Source: an uncultured archaeon
GTDB lineage: Archaea > Nanohalarchaeota > Nanosalinia > Nanosalinales > Nanosalinaceae
DNA: 52,876 nucleotides
Direction: 5' to 3'
Assembly: GCA_964421955.1 (NCBI GenBank)
Contig: CAYQYU010000007.1
Span: 1 to 52,876 of the forward strand
Below the pieces are notes generated by a model, which saw nothing but the letters and a program-made list of their open reading frames with translations, made no database searches and was not told the DNA's origin. Shown in pieces: positions 17,473 through 27,744 of the stretch. Position numbers and translations under genes: made by a program. The stretch's first letter is position 1. Each line of letters starts with the position of its first letter.

Positions 17473-19607
17473 ACCGATATACTGCTGATTATTCCCCCGA
17501 AAAGGAGGCTGACTATTATCAGGGTTATACTGTAGAACAGCATTCCCGAGATAAGTATCTTTCCTGTGAAGAAGTACTTGTAGGTCTTGTCCTCGCCCTT
17601 TGTTATCTTCATGTAGAACTCTCCAAGGATGAAAAGCAGCTGTATAAGGTATATACCGACCACGAGCTGCAGAAACTCGGGAGGTATCGCTTCGTTAAGA
17701 TTTCCGAGTATGCTCTGGAATCCCGGTCCCTGTCCTGTACCTCCTCCAGGCAGGTTCTGCTGTGACTCCTGGAAGCTCGTTGACAGTCTGAACATCGCGG
17801 TTATAATCGTCTGGGACATCCCGACCGCGACGCCTGAAACTACAGGTGCGAGCAGATAGGCAAGCATCTCGATTGTCGTCGTGGTCTCCTCCATCAGATC
17901 GTTCAGCTGTTCCTGTGTCTGGTGGATGTTCTCAAGGTACCTGGAGATCGTTGTCATCGCCATCGCCGCCATGTGGGTGCCTTTCTCCGACGACTCAAGA
18001 ATAGCCTTCATGACGGTCTGAATCATCTGGCTGGGGAACTCGTGGAGCGCCCCGTATCTCTCATGGAATACCGCCTGTTCGAAGGTCATCCCCATGTCCC
18101 GGACGTTGGTCGATGCCTTCTTGAACAGGTCAGATATCTCGAGTTCAGATGTCGCCTCGGCGGCCTCTTCAAGCGCAAGTTCTATCGGTGTTCCGCCGGA
18201 AATCTTGTTGCCCAGCTGGAACAGTGCCGCAGGGAACTGCTGTTCAATATTTCTGAGATGCTCCTCGGCTGCCCTGCGCTCCACGTTCGCCAGCACCAGG
18301 TAGACGCCGAGTCCTATACCGAGGCCTGCGGTGATAGAAACACTTCTCATGAGCATCGGTAGCGGTGCAAAGCTGTCGCCCGCGGTGAAAAGGGAAGGCA
18401 CTGCCGACGGACTGATACTCTCCACGGGATAGAAAAATGGCGCGGCCAGATAACCTATGAAACCGTAGAAGGCTATGACAGCGAAAATTAGCAAACCAAC
18501 AGGCCATACAGGAAGATTCATCCTGCGGCCAAGAAACTCGAATGTGTGCCTACCTCTGGGGGGAAGAGAGTCCTTGCTGACTGGTTTCGAGGAAACAGTC
18601 GGAGGCCGGGAGCTCAGTATGCGTTGCATGAACCAGTAGAGGAATCCCGGGAGAAGGAAGTTGAACAGGATTAAGAGGTGAATAGGCCTTATGATATCTC
18701 CCATAAAGACCGAGATAAGAGGCAGCATGATCATTCCGAGGACCGGCAGCATCGCACCCAGTGCGTTGAGTATCATGACCGGCGTCTTCAGCGACTGCGC
18801 GTAGTGTTTCATCTTCTCCTGTGTACCGTCGAGTATACGGTCGATAGCGTCCTGTAGAAGGGTCTCCCTCCTGTTCTGGTCGGGATCGTTCATCGCGGCC
18901 TGGAGAAGCTGCAGGGCTTCCAGGTAATCATCGTTGTAGTCCTTCCAGCGCCGGGTATACTCCTGTAGAGAATCCTCTATCTTGTTGTAGTTGCCGATCT
19001 CTACATCCCAGAGAACGCCCCTGAGATCCTTCGCTATAGGGCCTTCAAGGTTCAGTGCCGCGAATCTGACCGCGCCCTCAAGATTGGGTGATGCACGCAT
19101 GTAGACAACCATGTACAGTATCGAGAGAATCATCTCTCCTGAACTCCTGATAACCTTGTTCTTGGCTGCGTAAACAGGCCTGTAGTAGGTGTAGACCGTA
19201 GCGGTGAACGGTAGCGAAAGCAGCAGGAGCAGTATCGAATTTGGAACGGGGGCTCCCATGATGAAGTTGAGGCTGAAGGCCATGAACCATGCCATGAAAG
19301 AAGCCAGTCCCAGAGCCACAGACGCCGAGAGGACCATTCCCGGAGTCACATCCCATCCAAGCAGCCTGAGAGCCGGTGTAAGTTTCTCCTGGGTGTTCTC
19401 GCCGGCCTTTATGTTGAATATCGAGGCTGACCTGATACAGAGTCTCTCATACCTCGTCTTCTCGCGCTCCCTGACCTCCTCTTCCCTGTATTCCTGGTAC
19501 TCCCGGGAATAGCCGTGGCCCGATGAGTTGTCGTAAGGCGGGAGCTCCACACTCTTGTTGATCCGGTCGACTATGTCCCGGAGGCGTTCCTTCTCATCTT
19601 CATTCAT
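17469..19607 (-). CDS. Type IV pilus membrane platform protein (PilC/TadC, T2SSF family)
   Basis: Multi-TM with two cytoplasmic T2SSF-like domains (SPNLEGAVRFAA; QFPAALFQLGNKISGGTPIELAL); downstream of the ATPase. Confidence 0.88.
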   Translation of the reverse strand: MNEDEKERLRDIVDRINKSVELPPYDNSSGHGYSREYQEYREEEVREREKTRYERLCIRSASIFNIKAGENTQEKLTPALRLLGWDVTPGMVLSASVALGLASFMAWFMAFSLNFIMGAPVPNSILLLLLSLPFTATVYTYYRPVYAAKNKVIRSSGEMILSILYMVVYMRASPNLEGAVRFAALNLEGPIAKDLRGVLWDVEIGNYNKIEDSLQEYTRRWKDYNDDYLEALQLLQAAMNDPDQNRRETLLQDAIDRILDGTQEKMKHYAQSLKTPVMILNALGAMLPVLGMIMLPLISVFMGDIIRPIHLLILFNFLLPGFLYWFMQRILSSRPPTVSSKPVSKDSLPPRGRHTFEFLGRRMNLPVWPVGLLIFAVIAFYGFIGYLAAPFFYPVESISPSAVPSLFTAGDSFAPLPMLMRSVSITAGLGIGLGVYLVLANVERRAAEEHLRNIEQQFPAALFQLGNKISGGTPIELALEEAAEATSELEISDLFKKASTNVRDMGMTFEQAVFHERYGALHEFPSQMIQTVMKAILESSEKGTHMAAMAMTTISRYLENIHQTQEQLNDLMEETTTTIEMLAYLLAPVVSGVAVGMSQTIITAMFRLSTSFQESQQNLPGGGTGQGPGFQSILGNLNEAIPPEFLQLVVGIYLIQLLFILGEFYMKITKGEDKTYKYFFTGKILISGMLFYSITLIIVSLLFGGIISSISV

Positions 19608-19625
19608 GAGACAAAAACACCTTTG

Positions 19626-21893
19626 CTAAATCTGCTGGTCGAACCACTCTCTCCACCTCGCATAGATCCTCTCAGGGTCCTGCCTACCGTATTCCTCTCC
19701 AACCCTGTCCGCGAGGATGTGGAATCGCTGGTTCGCCTTCACTGTAAAATCTGCCTCAAGCAGCTCAGGCTGGTTCTCCTCGTTTGCGGCCTCAACTATA
19801 TCCTGTTTAATCTTCTTTCTTAGCTGGATGTTGTCCCAGACAGCCTCCCAGTCGTTCTTCCATTCACGTATGTTCTCGGCGATGCGGTTCAGAACCATCG
19901 ACTCGCCATTCTTCAGTGTATCGGTGGGTATGAGCTCGTCCTCGTTGGAGTCGTACCTCATGAGATCCACAAAGGCGTTCTCCTCCTGTGGATCGTCTGT
20001 CCATTCCTTCCTGACCTCTGTAATACCTGTAACGCGCCGGTAAGTGGAAAGACCGTCAGGACTCCTGATCTTGTTGACCGATACGATCACATCAGTAGCC
20101 TTGAATGATGTCTTCGGCACGTTGAGGTCGTTGACAACGCGATCATAAACTGCGTACGGCGACTCGCCGTGGATTGTCCCCCCGACAAAGTTGGCGACCG
20201 CACCAACCCTCATGGCCTCGTAGAGCGTCTTGGCCTCGTCAGAACGGACCTCTCCAATCACAAGCGCGGAGTCGCCGAGGCGGAGCGAAGTTCTGATGGC
20301 CTCATCCGCACCCAGTTCGCTCTCTACCTGGGTTATGACGCTCCTTGATTTCATGCTTTCAATATTGAAACCCAGGTCCTTCATTTCATCGATAGGAAGT
20401 TCGAGAGTGTCTTCCACCGTAACTATGCGGTGCTTCTTCAGCAACTCCAGCATCGATGCCGAAAGTAAAGATGTCTTGCCCGCACCTCTTGTACCCGAGA
20501 AAAGGACGGACCGGTTGCCGTCAACGAGGAAAGAGATCAACGCAGCACCCATCGGATTGACCATCTTGCTGTCGATGAACAGCGGTAGTGTCCATGCCCG
20601 GGAGCGGTGCCGCCTGAACGCGAAAGCAAGCCCCTCCGGGGAAAGATTCTCCTGTATTATCGCAACACGGGCTCGACCTCCTGGAACACGGGTGTCCGTG
20701 TCGAGCACAGGGTTGGCCTCGTCCAGCGGCCGGCCACTTTGAATCCTGAAGCGGGTGGCCCAGGACTCGGCCTCTTCCTTCGTAGGTATCAGGTTGGTCT
20801 CGCACTCCTCGTACTCCTGATGCGAGATGTAAATCGGAGAGTTTCCTATGGGAGAGTTGATGAAAACATCCTGTATCTGGGGATCAGATAACAGAAGCTC
20901 CAGGACGCCAAGTCCAGAGGTGTAACGGTTGAGAATGCCTGTCAGCTGGTCGAGCTCGTCTCCAGTTAGATTTATTCCCATCTGGTTCGCGATGTCCCGG
21001 AGCATGTCTCTACCTATATTCTCGAAGACCTGGCGCATCCTTTCTGGCCGGGCAAACTCTCCAGATTCGGGCTCGTGCGACGCCATAAATCTCCTCGCGG
21101 CATCAAGTAATTCGTATTTCTCCTCGCTAAGATTGAACTCCGGGGGATTGACATGGTAGACCGGCTGGACTTTGTCAGGCACCTCGTATATCGAAACCTC
21201 GATATCGTTCCTGACCTCGTAACGATCGATTTCTTCCCCTCTCTCAGGCGGGAGGGACATGAACTTCGTAAGCATGAAGTTTGGCCTCACGAGAGGGTGG
21301 AAGAACTCTCTGTAAACCTCCCGGTCGCCGATGTGGTGACCGGTGATGAAGTCCTGCTCCCGGGCTCTCTGTATCAGCTGGGTCTCCTCCATCCTGTCAA
21401 GTATGGGGTCGATAACGTCGTTGACGAAGTACTTGGTGCATCTTTTTCTCGTGGGATACTGGTCACTCATCTGCTGCTTCAGGTGCCTTCTCTTCCGCAA
21501 AATCTTGACATAGGCACCTATAGGATCTTTCCTGAGCATGTCAACGACTATCTGCTGAATCTCCGGCAAGTTATTAGCGTAGAAACTCTCGCATTTCTCA
21601 TTTCCGTGGTTAGATAGATATCCCTGGGAGGATATATCCTGTATAGTGTCCGCGATCTCCTTTAACAGCGAGACCTGTTCATCGTTGTACTCGTAGTCCC
21701 GGGACTCTGAAAGTACAACCGAAGAGGCATCGGGCACTTCCTGGAGTATGTTGATTACCCGGGACATCACCTCGGGATAATCCTCTATGCTTGCGCCGTA
21801 GATTGACCCGAGAGTGTTGACCTCGATTGTACCGGTCTCGTCGTCGTACTCGTAGTCGAAAACGTCCAGATCTCTTACAGACATACCCAGCAT
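19626..21893 (-). CDS. Type IV pilus assembly ATPase (PilB/VirB11-like)
   Basis: Walker A GTRGAGKTS, Asp box TVEDTLEL, Walker B LVIGEVR, His box GTIHG. Confidence 0.95.
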   Translation of the reverse strand: MLGMSVRDLDVFDYEYDDETGTIEVNTLGSIYGASIEDYPEVMSRVINILQEVPDASSVVLSESRDYEYNDEQVSLLKEIADTIQDISSQGYLSNHGNEKCESFYANNLPEIQQIVVDMLRKDPIGAYVKILRKRRHLKQQMSDQYPTRKRCTKYFVNDVIDPILDRMEETQLIQRAREQDFITGHHIGDREVYREFFHPLVRPNFMLTKFMSLPPERGEEIDRYEVRNDIEVSIYEVPDKVQPVYHVNPPEFNLSEEKYELLDAARRFMASHEPESGEFARPERMRQVFENIGRDMLRDIANQMGINLTGDELDQLTGILNRYTSGLGVLELLLSDPQIQDVFINSPIGNSPIYISHQEYEECETNLIPTKEEAESWATRFRIQSGRPLDEANPVLDTDTRVPGGRARVAIIQENLSPEGLAFAFRRHRSRAWTLPLFIDSKMVNPMGAALISFLVDGNRSVLFSGTRGAGKTSLLSASMLELLKKHRIVTVEDTLELPIDEMKDLGFNIESMKSRSVITQVESELGADEAIRTSLRLGDSALVIGEVRSDEAKTLYEAMRVGAVANFVGGTIHGESPYAVYDRVVNDLNVPKTSFKATDVIVSVNKIRSPDGLSTYRRVTGITEVRKEWTDDPQEENAFVDLMRYDSNEDELIPTDTLKNGESMVLNRIAENIREWKNDWEAVWDNIQLRKKIKQDIVEAANEENQPELLEADFTVKANQRFHILADRVGEEYGRQDPERIYARWREWFDQQI

Positions 21894-21926
21894 TATTATT
21901 CAGGCATCTATTGAATAAAAGATGGG

Positions 21927-22382
21927 ATGCCCCAGCAGGAAATCGTAAACCAGGTTATCAACCGGGTAAACGACTTTAATCGCCGGGTTAGAGACCTCGA
22001 AGAGAAGGTGAGAAACGTGAGCGCGAGAGTCAACACTCTCGACGATACGCTTCTCAACAAGACCAAGTCGCTCAGCCAGGATATGCAGAGCCTGGAGGAC
22101 GAGATTTCTGAAGTCCGCGACCGGATAGCCAATATGGAGGTCGACATCAAGGAACTTAACCGTGAGAAACGGAAGTTCGTGACCTCACAGGAGATAGAGG
22201 AGATAGAGAACTATATGGAGCTGATGAATCCTATCCACTCCTCTTTCACAACCAAGAAAGAGGTAAAGAAGATGATGGAGCATCAGGACGGCCTCACAAG
22301 GGAACAAGTCGAGAAAATAGTAGACAGAAAGATAAAAAGCCTGGAAAGACAATCTGACGATGAGGAAGAGGATATTCCATGA
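21927..22382 (+). CDS. Coiled-coil protein divergent from pilus ATPase
   Basis: Heptad repeats; coupled to next gene by ATGA overlap. Confidence 0.8.
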   Translation: MPQQEIVNQVINRVNDFNRRVRDLEEKVRNVSARVNTLDDTLLNKTKSLSQDMQSLEDEISEVRDRIANMEVDIKELNREKRKFVTSQEIEEIENYMELMNPIHSSFTTKKEVKKMMEHQDGLTREQVEKIVDRKIKSLERQSDDEEEDIP

Positions 22383-23275
22383 AGTTCCAGCTATTCGGCA
22401 GACTCAGGGATGATGAAGACGGCGAGGACAACGGAAACTCTCCGGCACCCCAGGCACCCCAGTCGCCCGGAATGGATAACGGTACGGAAGGCGGCCCAGG
22501 ACTAGGGGGCGGCCTGGAGAGAACTGTCGAAAACATGTTTTCACAGGGATACTCACAGGACGAGATAAAACAGGAACTCCAGGGACAGTACTCCCCGAAC
22601 AGGATTGAACAGGCTGTCAACCAGGCAGTTGCAACTTCTGCCCAGGGAGAGACTGAAGGACCGGAACCCATGACTCCTTATCAGGGCGAAACCGATGCGG
22701 TGAGTCCTGTGGACCAGGGATTCGACCAGAAAGATGTACAGAATAATGCACCCGGAGACGCGAACCCGGGAAACGGTATAAACAGTATGAATAGTACGAA
22801 CGAGATGGGTGACATGGATAATATGCAGCAACCACCTCCCGCGGATCAAGGATCAAACCCTCCTCCCAACACGCAGACCGTCGATCCTGGCGTTGAAGAG
22901 CTCGTTGAAACCATCGTGGCAGAGAACTTTGATCTGGTGGAGACAGAGTTTGAAAACGTCTACAGCGAAATCGACGAGATGAAGGAAAAACTCGAGGACC
23001 TGGAGCAGAGAGTTCACGATCTCGAAGTCCGGGATGATGAAGATCAGAGCGAGTTCATCCAGAAAATGAACGAGATGGAGGACCATATCGACTCCTACCA
23101 GTCCCGCATCGGAGGACTGGAAAAGGCTTTCCAGCAGGTGCTGCCATCGCTAGTCGACAATGTCCGCGATTTAACTGAACTCGTACAGGAGATCAAGCAG
23201 GAGAGGGGAATCGAGACGGACAAGAACGTTTCAAGCCAGGATATTGAAGATCTCGACGTCGAGGACTGGGACTAG
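22379..23275 (+). CDS. Acidic protein with small helical domain and coiled coil
   Basis: QGYSQDEIKQEL small domain, VEELVETIVAE, C-terminal heptads. Confidence 0.8.
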   Translation: MKFQLFGRLRDDEDGEDNGNSPAPQAPQSPGMDNGTEGGPGLGGGLERTVENMFSQGYSQDEIKQELQGQYSPNRIEQAVNQAVATSAQGETEGPEPMTPYQGETDAVSPVDQGFDQKDVQNNAPGDANPGNGINSMNSTNEMGDMDNMQQPPPADQGSNPPPNTQTVDPGVEELVETIVAENFDLVETEFENVYSEIDEMKEKLEDLEQRVHDLEVRDDEDQSEFIQKMNEMEDHIDSYQSRIGGLEKAFQQVLPSLVDNVRDLTELVQEIKQERGIETDKNVSSQDIEDLDVEDWD

Positions 23276-23281
23276 AACTTC

Positions 23282-23785
23282 TCAATCGCTGCTTCCGACC
23301 GTGGCCGAGACCACAAGCAGCAGGAATACCAGGACCAGTATCGGCATCACCACTTCATCGAACGTGTTCTGGACACCTCCAAGCAGGTTTCCAAGATCAA
23401 CCGTGAAGAAAAACGCTCCCAGGAATGACAGCAGCGCCAGAACTATCGCAGCACCTACAGGCAGATCGCCTTCTCCCATGGCCTCTCCGACATCGTAGCC
23501 TGCGACGGCCAGAAGGATCATGAGGCCGAGAAGTCCAAATACCGAGAAGGTCAATGCGGCCGCAAAGTTTGTCAGGATGCCTGCAGGCAGGTAGAGCAGC
23601 ACTCCCCCGATAGAAACGAATGCGACTGCGAGCGCTATGACGCCGTTGACCTGGGCATCCTCACTGAAGACGTTGTACTTCTCCAGGACGCCATAGGTGA
23701 CCGCGAGGATGAGCAGCCACGGGAAGAACAGCTGGATTATATCCATCTCGGCCAGCAGTCTTACCACATCGCCGAAAGCTCCCAT
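23282..23785 (-). CDS. Multi-pass membrane protein
   Basis: About 5 TM; FFPWLLILAVTYGVLEK motif related to the next gene. Confidence 0.8.
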   Translation of the reverse strand: MGAFGDVVRLLAEMDIIQLFFPWLLILAVTYGVLEKYNVFSEDAQVNGVIALAVAFVSIGGVLLYLPAGILTNFAAALTFSVFGLLGLMILLAVAGYDVGEAMGEGDLPVGAAIVLALLSFLGAFFFTVDLGNLLGGVQNTFDEVVMPILVLVFLLLVVSATVGSSD

Positions 23786-23793
23786 TCAATCAC

Positions 23794-24408
23794 CTATCCG
23801 TCTTCATCCTGATCTACTCTCTGCCAGCCCCCTCCACCAGGGAAGGGCGCCCACCAGTCGGTACCGCTGTCGCTTGGCTCACTCGTCACCCAGTAGAGCG
23901 CCGCACCAATCGCGATCAGCCATATCAGGCCGGACTCGAAAGTGAAGTTGACCAGCTCAACCAGCGTCATGCTGACAAACGGTAACTGGGCCTGCGGAAT
24001 GAAGGCGAATGCTCCTCCGGAAAGTGCAAATGCGGCGATAGTACCGATGACTATGACTGCCGCAAATCCTAGTCTCCGGAAGTCCTCCATCTCCCATCCC
24101 ACGAATGAGACAAAGATCATGAAGCCGAGCAGACCGATCAGTCCTATAGCTATTCTTCCTGTATACTCAGTGAAGTAGGATGCGTAGATAGGGTTCTGTA
24201 CTATGAAGTTGGCAACGAAGAACGCCAGGATAATCGATATGAGTGCAGCGAACTTCGTCTCGTTATCCTCACCTACGCTACCCATAAGGTTGAGCTTCTT
24301 TATGGCGAGGAAGAACAGTACGTAGCTCAGTAGAAACGGCAGTATTCCTGTGAAGAAATCGGCGCTAGCCATTGTCTGGAGCAACTGGTTGAAGCCGGTT
24401 ACTGCCAC
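23794..24408 (-). CDS. Multi-pass membrane protein, paralogue of 23282-23785
   Basis: About 5 TM; ILPFLLSYVLFFLAIKK and LIGLLGFMIFVSFVGW mirror the neighbour. Confidence 0.8.
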   Translation of the reverse strand: MAVTGFNQLLQTMASADFFTGILPFLLSYVLFFLAIKKLNLMGSVGEDNETKFAALISIILAFFVANFIVQNPIYASYFTEYTGRIAIGLIGLLGFMIFVSFVGWEMEDFRRLGFAAVIVIGTIAAFALSGGAFAFIPQAQLPFVSMTLVELVNFTFESGLIWLIAIGAALYWVTSEPSDSGTDWWAPFPGGGGWQRVDQDEDG

Positions 24409-24412
24409 TTAT

Positions 24413-24667
24413 CTATTCACCTTCCTCAAGCCTTTTTCTGTTGTGAAGGTTCATTAACCATAGTTCGCGGGCGATGATCATCAGCGCAAGCATGGTGATC
24501 CACGGCTGGATGACCTTCCCGAAAGATATGAGACCAATATCGCTTGAGGCCCAGAAGAAGGTCCAGACGGTTACAAATATAGCTCCGAAAGATAGTACGG
24601 CGATCGCGAACTCGTCCATGAAGTTCTCGAGCTCGTACAGGTATTCGTGGAACTTCTTGTCGTTCAT
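24413..24667 (-). CDS. Two-TM membrane protein
   Basis: 84 aa, two hydrophobic helices, operonic. Confidence 0.72.
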   Translation of the reverse strand: MNDKKFHEYLYELENFMDEFAIAVLSFGAIFVTVWTFFWASSDIGLISFGKVIQPWITMLALMIIARELWLMNLHNRKRLEEGE

Positions 24668-24819
24668 CCGAACAGTCCACCTCCACCCATACCACCCATA
24701 CCACGGCGGTTACGTCTTCCTAGGAACCATTTTAGCACGAATCCGACAGCTATACCGATTGCCAGAACATCCGGGTTGTTCATTATACCGGTCATGATCG
24801 ATTGTACCGTGAAAGCCAT
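24664..24819 (-). CDS. 51-aa single-TM protein with Gly/Met tail (not in ORF track)
   Basis: Hand translation MAFTVQSIMTGIMNNPDVLAIGIAVGFVLKWFLGRRNRRGMGGMGGGGLFG; ATGA overlap with next gene. Confidence 0.72.
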   Translation of the reverse strand: MAFTVQSIMTGIMNNPDVLAIGIAVGFVLKWFLGRRNRRGMGGMGGGGLFG

Positions 24820-24886
24820 CTATTTAACGCCTCTATTGCCTCTATTACCAGTTATAGGTTTTTCGTTTAAATATCTGTTTCGTCTT

Positions 24887-26920
24887 CTAGTATCTCCGGA
24901 CATCAATATCGCTCTGTTTGAAGGCATCCATGACCTCTCTCTCCTTGTCGCCTATCGTATCGGCGACCTCATTGGGCCAGTTCTCCCTGCTGCCTATCGC
25001 TCTCTGGAGCTTCTGGAAATCAGAGTAGGCATTGTTAGGATTTTGAGCTATCTCCTGCTCGACCTCATTCAGCCGTTCCAGGGCCCGTCTTTCGAGTTGC
25101 TGGAGTAGATTTTCCGCAAGATCCGTTATCTGCGCTGCCGTCCTCTGCTGTTGTTGATCGAGATTTTCCTGGCTCAGCTGCCTCACACGAGAGTAGTCAG
25201 CGACTATCTCTTCGACGGCGCCTTCCTGTACGGCGTACAGCCCGTCACTCCGGACTGTTTCAAGCACGTTCTGGAGATCCTGTCGAATCCTCTGGAGGTT
25301 CATGTCGAGCTCTTCTTCCCTCTCTGTCTCGGTCTTGTCTATGGCCTCCATCTCTTCCAGTTCTTGCTCTATGCTCCATTCAAGCTGATCGGCGGCCTGG
25401 GCCAGCTTTGCAAACTCTTTATCGATCTTTGCTGCTTCGGTCTCTTCGGCCTTGACGCCCTGCTCTTCCTCTTCCAGGAGCCATTCAAGCTGCTCACCCA
25501 GGTTCTCGAGATCGTAGGTCTCTCCTTCCTCGTCCTGGAGCGTCTTCTTCTCTTCAGTTATGAACTTCATGAGCTTTCTGTCCCATTCCTCAGGAATACT
25601 GAACTGTGACTCCCTCTCCTCCTCGTTCCGTTCCATCTGCTCTCCCTTCTGCTCTTCTGCCTCGAGTTCTTCGAAGGCATCTCCCAGATCGGCGGTCACA
25701 TCCATGAGGCCTTCCATCTGGTCTTCAAGAGTTGCGATGCGGGACTTGATGGCCTGTCTCTCCTGTGCGGCCTGCTGAAGCTGCTGCCTTATATTTCCGA
25801 CTTCGTTCATAATTGCCTGGAACTGGTTCTGCAGCTGCTGTTTCTGGCGCTCGTATTCTTCCCTTTCTACGACACCGTCCTGTAACTGCTGTTCCAGCTG
25901 TTCCAGCTCCTGCTTCACCTGGTCTCTCTGCTGCTTGAGCTGCTGCATCTCCTGCCTGATCTGTGAAAGATCCTGTTCGGTCTGCTGCTCCATCTGGGCG
26001 ATCATCTGTTCCAGTTCGGCGATTTCTTCCTCATTCTGCTCTATGTTTTCCTCGGCCTGGAGAATTTTCTGATTATTCTGCTCGATACGCTCCTCAAGCT
26101 GCTCCAGAGATTCCGAGTCCTCTATAAGCTGTTCGACCTCTCTAGCCTGCTTCTGCGTCAGTTTGCCCTGCTTCACCAGTTCTGGAAGCCTCTGTTCGAA
26201 CTCCTCAAGACTCTCAACATCGTTCCGGAGCTGCTGAAGCTCCTGCATAACCTGCTGGTCCTCGCCTTCGACATCATCTATTCTCTGCTGTAGCTGCTGG
26301 ATGGCTTCATCTGTCTGGCGCATGTGGTCCTCTAATGGCTCCGGTATTCCTCCATCCTCTCCTCCCGGTGCGGTACCCGGAGCAGGACCTGTATCATCGC
26401 CTCTCCTATCCGCTCTTGCTCCCCCGTCAGGCGCAGCACCGCCTCCTCCCATATCGACCATGTCCGTAAGCGAACTGAATATTCCTGCGTAACCTAGTCC
26501 TACGGCGAGGAACGCAAACACACCGAAAACCATCAAACCCCAGAGACCAATAAACGCCGCAACACCATTAGCCGAAACAAAAGCAATAGCAAAAGCAAAA
26601 CCCTTCGCACCCAGAGGTACTCCGCCCTGATCAGTCCTGTAACGACGACCTATGCCCAGGGATTCTTCGATCATCCCGAATACCTTTGAGGTAAGGAACT
26701 TTGAAGGGAAATAGAAACCCGCCACAACCGCGATGAAGATAGCGCCCATACTGATAGAACCGATCTCGAACAGGGTGATCGAATTCAGGAGCCCAAGTAT
26801 TAGCTCCGCAAAACTGTCTGCACTCAGTGGGTTATCGCCCGTGATCTGCGCGGAGACGGAGAATGTTTGAGTGATTATTACAGAGAGGAAAAACGCTATC
26901 TTTGTCCGTTTCTGACCCAT
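24887..26920 (-). CDS. Signal peptide + membrane domain + long coiled-coil protein (paralogue A)
   Basis: VSA|QITGDNPLSADSF, TM block, Gly/Pro linker, long E/Q heptad region; start MGQKRTK preferred. Confidence 0.82.
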   Translation of the reverse strand: MGQKRTKIAFFLSVIITQTFSVSAQITGDNPLSADSFAELILGLLNSITLFEIGSISMGAIFIAVVAGFYFPSKFLTSKVFGMIEESLGIGRRYRTDQGGVPLGAKGFAFAIAFVSANGVAAFIGLWGLMVFGVFAFLAVGLGYAGIFSSLTDMVDMGGGGAAPDGGARADRRGDDTGPAPGTAPGGEDGGIPEPLEDHMRQTDEAIQQLQQRIDDVEGEDQQVMQELQQLRNDVESLEEFEQRLPELVKQGKLTQKQAREVEQLIEDSESLEQLEERIEQNNQKILQAEENIEQNEEEIAELEQMIAQMEQQTEQDLSQIRQEMQQLKQQRDQVKQELEQLEQQLQDGVVEREEYERQKQQLQNQFQAIMNEVGNIRQQLQQAAQERQAIKSRIATLEDQMEGLMDVTADLGDAFEELEAEEQKGEQMERNEEERESQFSIPEEWDRKLMKFITEEKKTLQDEEGETYDLENLGEQLEWLLEEEEQGVKAEETEAAKIDKEFAKLAQAADQLEWSIEQELEEMEAIDKTETEREEELDMNLQRIRQDLQNVLETVRSDGLYAVQEGAVEEIVADYSRVRQLSQENLDQQQQRTAAQITDLAENLLQQLERRALERLNEVEQEIAQNPNNAYSDFQKLQRAIGSRENWPNEVADTIGDKEREVMDAFKQSDIDVRRY
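26489..26624 (+). repeat. 136-bp exact repeat, copy 1
   Basis: Base-by-base identical to 28978-29113. Confidence 0.95.
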
Positions 26921-26963
26921 CGTAAGTAACAATTCTTTTCCCGACTTTTAAAGCGTTTTTACC

Positions 26964-27494
26964 TCAGTTGAAGACCTTGTACATTATCAGCAACAGTACT
27001 GCGATGAAGAAGCCCAGGGATAGAACTCCTATAGATGCTATAGCTCCTCTTATGTAGCCCCATAGAGGTGATGGAACAAGTATGCCTGTGATCGTGATCG
27101 CCATCAGGGTCGAGTACTTCCTGACATCAGGCCTCTGGTCCCTTATCGGGAAACCAACAGGCACGCCCCGCGGTATTTCGTCATCTCTTATGACGAAGTG
27201 GAGAACTTTCGAGAGGATGAACTGGAGCAGGATCGACAGGAACACGAACGGTGCAACAAGCTCAACCAGTATCTCTTCCTGGGAGTCGAACTGCGGAACA
27301 GAGAACTCCGTGCCTCCTATCTGATCGCCTCTTATCGCCCCACCGCTATGGGAGGCGGCCGCAAATGCTACCAGAAAAATTATCATCGACAGGGAGACGA
27401 TATACTTACTCGCCGAAATCCATATCCCCCCCACCAAAGTCGCCGTTTCCTCCGCCACCGAAGTCTCCACCACTTTTCGAGCGCGCGTGTTCAA
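26964..27494 (-). CDS. Multi-pass membrane protein (true start probably downstream of track start)
   Basis: Signal-like segment plus three TM helices; LVAPFVFLSILLQFILSK resembles the 23282/23794 motif. Confidence 0.65.
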   Translation of the reverse strand: MNTRARKVVETSVAEETATLVGGIWISASKYIVSLSMIIFLVAFAAASHSGGAIRGDQIGGTEFSVPQFDSQEEILVELVAPFVFLSILLQFILSKVLHFVIRDDEIPRGVPVGFPIRDQRPDVRKYSTLMAITITGILVPSPLWGYIRGAIASIGVLSLGFFIAVLLLIMYKVFN

Positions 27495-27684
27495 GGTAGG
27501 TGGGTATCACCTCATCGACAAGGAACCCTGATATGAGCCCTGAAACCCCGACAACAAGGAGATTCGACAGAAAGCTTGAGAGCCCTGTAAAGTCTCCTAC
27601 AACCGTAGAAACAGCCGTGACCGACACAACGTAGCCCGCTATGGCCGCGAAGGGAAAGGCAACGTATTTCCAGGGATCTCTCAT
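27406..27684 (-). CDS. Two-TM protein with GGDFGG tail
   Basis: 92 aa, two hydrophobic helices, Gly-rich repeat tail. Confidence 0.72.
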   Translation of the reverse strand: MRDPWKYVAFPFAAIAGYVVSVTAVSTVVGDFTGLSSFLSNLLVVGVSGLISGFLVDEVIPTYLEHARSKSGGDFGGGGNGDFGGGDMDFGE

Positions 27685-27744
27685 AACGAAAGGTTCTCGA
27701 TCCTATTTTTTATATTCTCAGGCCCGTGACCGGATGTCTATCTG

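Noticed and set aside
19626-21893. Archaellum (ArlI) assignment
   Set aside because: No ArlH or archaellin-like genes nearby; the context is a pilin array
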